Positions 17,130-23,847 of a stretch of 36,704 nucleotides of DNA are shown piece after piece. The stretch lies in contig BQJX01000001.1 of the NCBI GenBank assembly GCA_021604925.1, positions 1 to 36,704 of the forward strand, written 5' to 3'. The notes under the pieces were generated by a model that searched no databases, was not told the origin of the DNA, and saw only the letters and a list, made by a program, of their open reading frames with translations. Both the position numbers and the translations under genes were made by a program. Each line of letters begins with the position of its first letter. Within the stretch, counting starts at the first letter, position 1. Origin of the DNA: Gemmatimonadota bacterium (lineage in GTDB: Bacteria; ARS69).

Positions 17130-18038
17130 ATGGAAACCATCGATCAAGCTCAGTTCAACTTCAACCCGACGATCGGTCTGGCTGTCCTGGTCATGGTGGG
17201 CTTCCTGGTGTTCGCGGTGGCTCTGGACCTGACGTGGGGACAGTTCTCGAGAGTGCTCAAGAAGCCGAAGGCGCCAGGCATCGGACTCGTCGCCCAGTAC
17301 GTCTTCCTGCCCGCCGTCGCGTTCGGAGTCGGCGTGCTGTGGGTCGGCACGCCGAGCATCGCGCTCGGTCTCCTGCTGGTCGCGTGCTGCCCGGCCGGAG
17401 CGTTGTCGAACTACCTGACGGGGGTGGCCAGGGGAAACGTCGCCACGTCCGTCAGCATGACGGCGATCTCCACCGTCTTCAGCATCCTGCTCACCCCGCT
17501 TCTGTTCGGGTTCTGGGCTTCGAGGAATCCCGAGACGGCGGCCGTTCTCCGGCAGATCAGGACGGATCCCATGAGGGTAGTGGTGGCGCTTCTGATCATG
17601 CTGGTCGTTCCTGTTACGGTCGGCATGTGCATTCGCGCCCTGCGGCCGGCAACCGCGGACAACATTCGCACCCCGACCCGCCGTATCGCCGGGGGCGTGT
17701 TCGCGGTCGTCGTCGCGACCCTCATCCTCGGCAACATCCAGTTGCTCGGCAACTTCGCCCGGGAGGCGCTCCCCCCGGTGCTCGTCACCTTTGGCATTGC
17801 CGTGGCTCTCGGCTGGGGACTCGCGTGGGTCAGCGGGCTGCCGGCGCCTGACCGGCGCGCGGTGACGCTTGAGGTCGCGTTCCAGAACGTTGCTCTCGCG
17901 ATCGGAATGGCGGTCGCGTTCTTTCCTTCCCTCGCGGGAGTCGCGATCACGGCGATCCTGTGGGGCATCGTCCACCTTTCAGTCGGGTTCGCTATCGCCG
18001 TGGCGTTCAGGCGCAGTTCCGGACCGCATGTTGCCTAG
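17130..18038 (+). CDS. bile acid:sodium symporter (BASS/SBF) family transporter
   Basis: ORF 17130..18038. About 9-10 TM helices. LLLVACCPAGALSNYLTGVARGNVATSVSMTAIST is the SBF signature region. Confidence 0.85.
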   Translation: METIDQAQFNFNPTIGLAVLVMVGFLVFAVALDLTWGQFSRVLKKPKAPGIGLVAQYVFLPAVAFGVGVLWVGTPSIALGLLLVACCPAGALSNYLTGVARGNVATSVSMTAISTVFSILLTPLLFGFWASRNPETAAVLRQIRTDPMRVVVALLIMLVVPVTVGMCIRALRPATADNIRTPTRRIAGGVFAVVVATLILGNIQLLGNFAREALPPVLVTFGIAVALGWGLAWVSGLPAPDRRAVTLEVAFQNVALAIGMAVAFFPSLAGVAITAILWGIVHLSVGFAIAVAFRRSSGPHVA

Positions 18039-18045
18039 CGACAGA

Positions 18046-18167
18046 ACTCAACGGACGGCGCTGCGAACCGCCACCAAGAGGAATGCCCATGATTCCTGTT
18101 TCCGGCCGCATCCATGTCAGGGGGGCGCGCCAGCGCCGGTCGCAGCCGAAGCGCAACACCGTTGGAC
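18046..18167 (+). repeat. type B attC-like site
   Basis: ACTCAAC (18046-18052, perfect RYYYAAC) -GGACGGCGCTGCGAACCGCC ... GGTCGCAGCCGAAGCGCAACACC-GTTGGAC (18161-18167, perfect GTTRRRY). The arms pair (TCAACGG/CCGTTGG, TGCGAACCG/CGGTCGCA). Length is 122 bp. Confidence 0.6.
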
Positions 18168-18200
18168 GGAAGGAAGAGCAATGCGCAGTGAGGATGCAGA

Positions 18201-18623
18201 ATGAAGGGACCTGTCGCGACGAGCCCAGACGACTACGTGGCCGCCCTCGACGGGTGGCGCCGTGAGTGCGTTGAGCACCTGCGGAAGGCGGTGCGATCCC
18301 AACCCGGCCTCGACGAAGCGATCAAATGGGGTCACCTGGTCTACTCTCATGAGGGCCCGGTTCTCTTGATCCGAGCCGAGGCCGAGAGAGTCCTCTTCGG
18401 CTTTTGGCGGGGCCAACGACTAGTGGAGGTGGAACCCCGGCTCAAGGCGACCGGCAAGTACGAGATGGCCACGCTGGAACTCCGCGAGGGTGGCTCCGTG
18501 AAGGCGACCGTTGCGAGAAGACTCGCGAAAGAAGCGGCCGCCCTCAACGAGAGGTTCGGGGATCCAAGAGACGCCGCCAAACCGGGTTCGCCGGCTCGGC
18601 GGGAAGCCAAGCGTCGCAACTAG
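18201..18623 (+). CDS. DUF1801 (YdhG-like) domain protein
   Basis: ORF 18201..18623. DDYVAALDGWRRECVEHLRKAV...IKWGHLVYSHEGPVLLIRAEAERVLFGFWRG. Confidence 0.8.
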   Translation: MKGPVATSPDDYVAALDGWRRECVEHLRKAVRSQPGLDEAIKWGHLVYSHEGPVLLIRAEAERVLFGFWRGQRLVEVEPRLKATGKYEMATLELREGGSVKATVARRLAKEAAALNERFGDPRDAAKPGSPARREAKRRN

Positions 18624-18690
18624 GCGGCCCAACCGTCCGGCGCCGATGGCCGGCAGCGTCGGCCGCGGACGGCGGGTGAAGCGCTTGGCC
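18612..18690 (+). repeat. possible degenerate attC-like hairpin
   Basis: GTCGCAAC-TAG, GCCCAAC (18627-18633, fits RYYYAAC), stem CCGTCCG (18633-18639) / CGGACGG (18666-18672). The expected GTTGGGC is mutated to GCGGGTG. Confidence 0.3.
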
Positions 18691-18704
18691 ATCCTGCCCC
18701 GCTT

Positions 18705-19145
18705 CTACGTCTCCACGATGCACTCCCATCTGCCGTCATCCGTGCGGCGCCAGATAGACACATAGGACTTGGTGATGATCTGCGGGTCGCCGCCGGGCTC
18801 TCCCATGGTGATGGTCCCGACGCCGAACGTGTAGCCGAGATCACCAGCGGCTGAGGTGACTGCACCCTCCGGAGTCCACGTGATCGAGAACCCCGGCTTG
18901 GAACGGTTCTCCCGGACGAAGGCCTGGATCTCGGTCTTCCCTGTCAGTCGCAAGGTTCCTTCCAGGTACATAACTGCGTCGTCCGCCCAGAATCGCCACA
19001 GGTCCTCCAGATCTCCGGATCCGGCGACTCTCGCCCACTCTCGATCGGCCTCAAGCAGCTCTTCGCGGTGATCGATCACGCCCTCTCCTCCTGCCGTCGT
19101 GACCCCTATCGCCAACGCCATCGCACTCAGTAGCAGCCTCTTCAT
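18705..19145 (-). CDS. SnoaL-like / DUF4440 (NTF2 fold) protein with signal peptide
   Basis: ORF 18705..19241. ATG 19145 lies 6 nt after GGGAGG. MKRLLLSAMALAIGVTTAGG, LEADREWARVAGSGDLEDLWRFWADDAV...SIWRRTDDGRWECIVE. Confidence 0.75.
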   Translation of the reverse strand: MKRLLLSAMALAIGVTTAGGEGVIDHREELLEADREWARVAGSGDLEDLWRFWADDAVMYLEGTLRLTGKTEIQAFVRENRSKPGFSITWTPEGAVTSAAGDLGYTFGVGTITMGEPGGDPQIITKSYVSIWRRTDDGRWECIVET

Positions 19146-19214
19146 TCTGAACCTCCCGGTCGAGGGCCCCGTGGGCCCATTGCGATGAGATGGTGGCATC
19201 CTCGCCTGGAGATG

Positions 19215-19353
19215 TGCAAAGGATTTGCGGCAGACGATCACTGCGGCGCATACTAGGTGGAAGGCGGCTTCCGCGTGGACGTCCGGCCACCTCCGTCACC
19301 GAGGCGGCGCGCGCCCCCCGGGCGTCGCACGCGCCCGCGGCTCAACCTCAACC
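19215..19353 (+). repeat. type A attC-like repeat
   Basis: GTGCAAAGGATTTGCGGCAGACGATCACTGCGGCGCATACTAGG. TTGCGG 19225-19230 / CATACT 19249-19254 (18-nt spacer). The tail ends CGCCCGCGGCTCAACCTCAACC. Plus-oriented after a minus-strand gene. Confidence 0.55.
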
Positions 19354-19373
19354 CCCCTAGGTGCCCAGGTCCG

Positions 19374-19709
19374 GTGAGACTCGATTCGCTGTTTCCGCAC
19401 CTCACATCGGACGTTCTGGCTCCGTCGTTCGTCATCTTCGAGTTGCTGTTCCCGCAAGTCCCCCTGGATCGGTGGCGAAGGAACGGCACGTGGATCGAGT
19501 ACTGGCAGAACGGTGTACGGATCGCGTTTGCACCTCGCCGATCGTACTGCTCACTCCACTTTCAGGAGCGGTACGCTCCGCAGTACTACAGGGAGATCGG
19601 CGGGACCTGCCCAACGGGAGCCGTCACGATCAGGCTGCCTCTTGACCGCGATTGGGATCCGGATCCGGTCCGGCAGGTCCTGTCCAAGGTCCTGGGTGAA
19701 GATGGATGA
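19374..19709 (+). CDS. hypothetical protein (weak DUF1801-like pattern)
   Basis: ORF 19257..19709, whose 5' part overlaps the repeat tail. GTG 19374 chosen. WIEYWQNGVRIAFAPRRSYCSLHF...GAVTIRLPLD is reminiscent of YdhG-type proteins. Confidence 0.45.
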   Translation: MRLDSLFPHLTSDVLAPSFVIFELLFPQVPLDRWRRNGTWIEYWQNGVRIAFAPRRSYCSLHFQERYAPQYYREIGGTCPTGAVTIRLPLDRDWDPDPVRQVLSKVLGEDG

Positions 19710-19804
19710 CCGGCGGACGCGGCGAGGCGGTGACGTAGTCGAGCGCCCGCCCGTGCGCCAGATCCCGATCGGCCCGGATGCCGCCAATCCACAACCACGA
19801 AGCC

Positions 19805-19895
19805 GTCCAACTAGGGTTTGCAGCGGACGAACACGGCGACGCATACTGACGAAAGGTCAAGGTCGGGCTCCGCGCCTGGCGGAAGGTCGAGCCAA
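19805..19895 (+). repeat. type A attC-like repeat
   Basis: GTCCAAC (19805-19811, perfect RYYYAAC) -TAG-GGTTTGCAGCGG. TTGCAG 19818-19823 / CATACT 19842-19847 (18-nt spacer). Tail GGTCGGGCTCCGCGCCTGGCGGAAGG. Confidence 0.6.
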
Positions 19896-19910
19896 GGGGG
19901 ATTCTCCGAG

Positions 19911-20471
19911 ATGGCAGTGCTCGAATACGATGACGAGGCAACGCGACGTTTGCTGGCCTTGTATGTCACCCCCGATGTTGTCGCCCAGCGGGCCGAGTTC
20001 CTGGGCGCGTTGGGACCGGCGCGGGGCGAGCGGGTTCTGGACGTCGGCGCAGGTCCGGGATTCTTGGCCGCCTCAATCGCCGAAGCGGTTGGCGACTCCG
20101 GGTCGGTGTGCGGTGTTGACGTCAGCGAACCACTGCTCACGATCGCACGGTCGCGGAGTGGTGACCAGCCTCACACGGAGTTCCGCTACGGAGACGCGAC
20201 CCAGCTCCCATACCCGGATGAGGCGTTGGATGCGGTGGTGTCGACTCAGGTGCTGGAGTACGTCCCCGATGTGGAAGCGGCCCTAGCGGAAATCCATCGG
20301 GTTCTCCGGGTCGGCGGGCGGGTGGCCCTCCTGGACACGGACTGGGACTCCATTGTGTGGCACTCCTCCGACCATGGGCGCATGACCCGAGTTCTTACGG
20401 CTTGGGAGGACCATGCGGCAGAAGCAATGAGTGGCCAGACTTCACCCGCCAACCAACGCGACGTCAGTTAG
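19911..20471 (+). CDS. class I SAM-dependent methyltransferase, possibly 3'-truncated
   Basis: ORF 19818..20471. ATG 19911 follows AAGGGGGA. VLDVGAGPGFLAASIA, VLEYVPD, LRVGGRVALLDTDW. It ends abruptly (...AWEDHAAEAMSGQTSPANQRDVS*) where related enzymes appear to continue. Confidence 0.7.
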   Translation: MAVLEYDDEATRRLLALYVTPDVVAQRAEFLGALGPARGERVLDVGAGPGFLAASIAEAVGDSGSVCGVDVSEPLLTIARSRSGDQPHTEFRYGDATQLPYPDEALDAVVSTQVLEYVPDVEAALAEIHRVLRVGGRVALLDTDWDSIVWHSSDHGRMTRVLTAWEDHAAEAMSGQTSPANQRDVS

Positions 20472-20472
20472 G

Positions 20473-21285
20473 ATGCAAACCATGAGCAATCCCTTTGTCC
20501 CCCGCGTCGGCGGAGTCCTCAGCGCCGACATTGCCGTTCCCGAGCACGAACGTGAAGTGCGCTTCTACTCACGGGTCCTCACCACGGGTGAGAATCCGCT
20601 CTGGCGCGAGGACCTGATGAACAACCGCGGCACGCCGATCATCGGCCTGGGCGCTCGCAGCGAAGAGCACGCGGACCTTCCGCTCCAATGGATGCCTCAC
20701 ATCCAGGTTGCCGATGTCGCCGCCAGTGTGGAGCGTGCTCTCGAGCTCGGCGGGCGTGAGCTCATGCACGGCAAGAACGACGATGGGAAGAGCCAGTGGG
20801 CGGTGCTGCTCGATCCGAACGGCGCGGCGTTCGGGATCGTCCCGGTCGTTCCTGCGGAGGCGCTCCCCCCGGCGGAGGGCGGCCCATCGAGCGACGCTTC
20901 GGTGCCGGTAGGTTGCATCTCCTGGCTCGACCTGACGGTCTCCGACGCCCCGGGAACCCGGGACTTCTTCGCCCAGGTCGTGGGCTGGTCGGTGCAGGAC
21001 GTCGAGATGGGGGGCGGAAGCGATCGCTACGCCGACTACAACATGTTGGGTGATGACGGCAGCCCGGCTGCGGGAATCTGTCATGCGCGCGGAATGAACC
21101 TGGGTCTGCCGGCTACCTGGATGATCTACCTTCCCGTTGGCGACCTGGCAGAAAGCCTGCGTCGCGTGCAAGAGGAAGGGGGCAAGGTCATCAAAGAGGC
21201 ACGAGGGACGGATGGAGAGTATGCATACGCGGCGGTTCAGGACCCGGTGGGGGCGTGCCTGGCGTTGGTGCCGGGATCGAAGTGA
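20473..21285 (+). CDS. two-domain VOC/glyoxalase family protein
   Basis: ORF 20431..21285 (ATG 20473 or 20482). Two VOC-like halves: RFYSRVL...WAVLLDPNGAAFGI and ISWLDLTVSDAPGTRDFFAQVVGW...AAVQDPVGACLAL. Confidence 0.8.
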   Translation: MQTMSNPFVPRVGGVLSADIAVPEHEREVRFYSRVLTTGENPLWREDLMNNRGTPIIGLGARSEEHADLPLQWMPHIQVADVAASVERALELGGRELMHGKNDDGKSQWAVLLDPNGAAFGIVPVVPAEALPPAEGGPSSDASVPVGCISWLDLTVSDAPGTRDFFAQVVGWSVQDVEMGGGSDRYADYNMLGDDGSPAAGICHARGMNLGLPATWMIYLPVGDLAESLRRVQEEGGKVIKEARGTDGEYAYAAVQDPVGACLALVPGSK

Positions 21286-21524
21286 TCGTGGGCACCGCTC
21301 CCAGCAACCTTCGGGATCGGATCATGGGCGCCGTGTGCAACGCGCTGCGGCCGTTGCCCCAGGTGCTGGCCGGATGGGAAGGCGGGAGTGCTGCGTTCGA
21401 TCTCGTGGATGAGTACTCCGACATTGACTTGAACTTCCTGTTGGAGGACGCGGCCCCTGTCGATCCCGCCCATGCGGTCGTCGAATCGGCACTCAGTACG
21501 ATCTCGAGGAGTGGTTTGCCGTGA
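21282..21524 (+). CDS. nucleotidyltransferase-domain ORF (N-terminal module only)
   Basis: GTG 21282 overlaps the upstream stop (GTGA). GGSAAFDLVDEYSDIDLNFLL is the pol-beta-superfamily NTase motif. Only about 80 aa. Confidence 0.55.
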   Translation: MIVGTAPSNLRDRIMGAVCNALRPLPQVLAGWEGGSAAFDLVDEYSDIDLNFLLEDAAPVDPAHAVVESALSTISRSGLP

Positions 21525-21844
21525 GCCAAAACTTCGTCCGCAAGGCGATCCTCCGTGGCCACGAGGTGGAGGCTTTGGCGGCGTACCGGGGTTACACGCT
21601 GAAGCCGCTGGTGGAACTTCTGCGGATGCGATACCGCCCCGCCCGATGGGACTTCGGCATGCGCCATCTCGAGAGGGATCTGCCAGGTCCTGTGCACGAT
21701 GAGCTACGGGAGCTCATGTTCGTTGGAGAGTCTGTCGACCTTGCCCCTCGGCATGCGAAGGCGGTCGAGTGGGGAGACCGGCTGCTGACTTCCGCGGCAG
21801 CCGAGCGGCCGCGCGTTGGGCCCGATCCTGGAGATCACGCGTAA
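21521..21844 (+). CDS. ORF resembling the C-terminal helical domain of ANT(6)/Lnu-type nucleotidyltransferases
   Basis: GTG 21521 overlaps the previous stop (GTGA). QNFVRKAILRGHEVEALAAYRGYTLKPLVELLRMRY...HLERDL parallels the C-terminal domains of ANT(6)/Lnu enzymes. An Rx6H string (RWDFGMRH) leaves a HEPN-like reading open. Confidence 0.5.
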   Translation: MSQNFVRKAILRGHEVEALAAYRGYTLKPLVELLRMRYRPARWDFGMRHLERDLPGPVHDELRELMFVGESVDLAPRHAKAVEWGDRLLTSAAAERPRVGPDPGDHA

Positions 21845-22704
21845 TGGCCAACGGACACGGTAGGCTGGCCTTGCTCGTCGGAGTCATGGCTACCACGCTC
21901 TCGCCGCCGGCGACGGCGCAGGAACCGGCAACTCTGGGGCTGGACCACATCCCCGTGGTCGTGGCTGACCTGGAGCGCGCGCGCACGACCTTTCTCGACC
22001 TGGGCTTTGCGTTGAAGCCAGGGCGCGATCACGCCAACGGCATTCGCAACGCGCACGTGAAGTTTCCGAACGGTGCCGGGATCGAGCTGCTGACAGCGTC
22101 GTCGGCCGTCGATCCACTTTCGACTCACTACGTGAACCTTCTTCGCGCCGGCGAGGGTCCGGCGTTCGCCTCGTTCCATGCACGTGACACACAGCAACTC
22201 CACGCCGCGTTGCGTGAAGGAGGCTACGAGTTCCGCACGGACGGGGAGATCACTGAGCTCCGGTCGCCGGGCCTTGCCTTCCTGTTCATCGTTCGAGACA
22301 ACCGGTCTCCGACCGATCGACCTGAGCACTTTGCCCACCCCAACGGTGCCATGGCGCTGACTACCGTCTGGATCGCCACTGAGCACGGCGATGCTCTGGC
22401 CCGCTTGCTCGTTCGGCTCGGCGGTCGACAGCGACGTCAACAAGTCCTGGCTCCCAACCCAACCGCGGCCACGGTCGTATCCCTGGCCGAGGGGGAGGTC
22501 TTCATTCTTCCCAAGGGGCATCAGGTCCTCGCGGGGCGCCCCGTGATCGGGGCCAGTTTCACGGTGCGGGATCTCTTGGAGGTTCGGCAGAGGTTGCTTC
22601 GGGCGCAGATCCAACCATGGCAAGGATCCGATCCTGCCGAGCGGGTTGTAGTGGAACCAAAGGTTGCCCATGGGATGTGGATCGAGTTTCTGGAAGGGCC
22701 GTGA
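21844..22704 (+). CDS. secreted VOC/glyoxalase-like domain protein
   Basis: ORF 21769..22704. ATG 21844 overlaps the previous stop (TAATG). Signal MANGHGRLALLVGVMATTLSPPATAQE. LDHIPVVVADLERARTTFLDLGF...NAHVKFPNGAGIELL. Confidence 0.75.
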   Translation: MANGHGRLALLVGVMATTLSPPATAQEPATLGLDHIPVVVADLERARTTFLDLGFALKPGRDHANGIRNAHVKFPNGAGIELLTASSAVDPLSTHYVNLLRAGEGPAFASFHARDTQQLHAALREGGYEFRTDGEITELRSPGLAFLFIVRDNRSPTDRPEHFAHPNGAMALTTVWIATEHGDALARLLVRLGGRQRRQQVLAPNPTAATVVSLAEGEVFILPKGHQVLAGRPVIGASFTVRDLLEVRQRLLRAQIQPWQGSDPAERVVVEPKVAHGMWIEFLEGP

Positions 22705-22705
22705 T

Positions 22706-22790
22706 GCCCAACAACGGCATGCATCGGACGGCGCTCGCGCCGCGGGCGGATGCCGGTCGCGAGATCGCCGCTGCGACAGCTGTTCTCGGG
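22706..22790 (+). repeat. possible type B-related attC left half
   Basis: GCCCAAC (22706-22712, fits RYYYAAC) overlaps the stop region. The downstream GGACGGCGCTCGCGCC resembles GGACGGCGCTGCGAACC of the 18046 site. No convincing R' box. Confidence 0.25.
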
Positions 22791-22881
22791 AGTGAAGCCT
22801 GGGCCGGCCAGATGTCGTAGGCTCTTCGTCGGGAGCAGGTGCAGTTGCAACGTTCACAAGGGACTAGCGGGAGGTGAGTTG

Positions 22882-23328
22882 ATGAAGAGAACGACGATCC
22901 GGAACTGGCTTGTTGCCGCAGCACTGGTTTTACTGGGCAGCGACAACCTGACGGCGAATCCAACTCGAGAGGAGCGATCCAACGTGCGTGTCCACTATCT
23001 GGAGATCGTGTGTGCCGATGTGGTCGCTCAGTGTGCGGCGCTGGAGCGAGTGCATGGGCTTTCCTTCGGATCGAGTGTTCCCGATCTTGGGCAGGCCCGG
23101 GTCGCGGAGGCTCTGGATGGGAGCTGGATCGGAGTGCGCGCACCGCTGGCGGAGCACGAGCAGCCGATCATCCGGTCGTACCTGGAAGTGGACGACATCG
23201 CGAAAGCGGTTGCCGACGCGGAGGAAGCAGGCGCGGTCGTCGCGTACCCTCCCACCCGGCAGGGCGATACCGGCACCTGGGCGATCTATATCCTGGGCGG
23301 CGTCCAGATCGGCCTCTGGCAGGAGTAG
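22882..23328 (+). CDS. VOC/glyoxalase family protein with signal-like N-terminus
   Basis: ORF 22750..23328. ATG 22882 follows GGGAGGTGA. VHYLEIVCADVVAQCAALERVHG...GTWAIYILGGVQIGLWQ. Confidence 0.8.
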   Translation: MKRTTIRNWLVAAALVLLGSDNLTANPTREERSNVRVHYLEIVCADVVAQCAALERVHGLSFGSSVPDLGQARVAEALDGSWIGVRAPLAEHEQPIIRSYLEVDDIAKAVADAEEAGAVVAYPPTRQGDTGTWAIYILGGVQIGLWQE

Positions 23329-23335
23329 GCCGTAA

Positions 23336-23361
23336 GCAGCCGAAATGGAAACGGTCGGCGG
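23336..23361 (+). repeat. type B attC right-half remnant
   Basis: GCAGCCGAAATGGAAACGGTCGGCGG aligns with GCAGCCGAAGCGCAACACCGTTGGACGG (18142-18169). Confidence 0.3.
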
Positions 23362-23376
23362 ATGGAGGGCAGGGCC

Positions 23377-23673
23377 ATGGATGCAGGGCTGGTCGGCGCG
23401 GTGATCGGAGGCGCGGTGGGATTGGCCGGCGGGGCTGTCGGCACCTACTTCAGTATTCGGAACACGGACGGCCCGACGGAGCGGGCCTTCATGATCAAGG
23501 TGTCCATCATCGGGTGGGTTGCGGTCTTGCTGTTCGTCGGGCTGATGGCGCTGCTTCCCGGTCCCTACCGGCACCTGTTGTGGATTCCGTACGGAGTGCT
23601 GTTGCCACTCGGTATCATCAAGACCAACCGGCAGGTGGCAAAGATTCGAGAGGCCGAGCGGCGCGCCAACTAG
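23377..23673 (+). CDS. small membrane protein, hypothetical
   Basis: ORF 23362..23673. ATG 23377 lies 7 nt after GGAGGG. Three hydrophobic segments. The stop lies inside CGCCAAC-TAG. Confidence 0.6.
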   Translation: MDAGLVGAVIGGAVGLAGGAVGTYFSIRNTDGPTERAFMIKVSIIGWVAVLLFVGLMALLPGPYRHLLWIPYGVLLPLGIIKTNRQVAKIREAERRAN

Positions 23674-23824
23674 GGTTTGCCGGAGACGAGCGCGAGGCGC
23701 ATACTGGCAGAAGCCCCGCTCGCATCGACTCGTGCCACATGGACTCGGGCTCCGCGGCGAGATGACATTCGCCATGGCTGTCGTTGCCATGCGGTGCTCG
23801 CCGCTGCAACCCTGGCCATTGGGC
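23664..23824 (+). repeat. type A attC-like repeat, complete long form
   Basis: CGCCAAC-TAG-GGTTTGCCGG. TTGCCG 23677-23682 / CATACT 23700-23705 (17-nt spacer). Tail ...TTCGCCATGG...CATGCGGTGCTCGCCGCTGCAACCC-TGGCC-ATTGGGC. GCAACCC pairs with GGGTTTGC, and the R' box has one mismatch. Confidence 0.65.
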
Positions 23825-23847
23825 GGCCACAGTAGGTACGGGAAACG

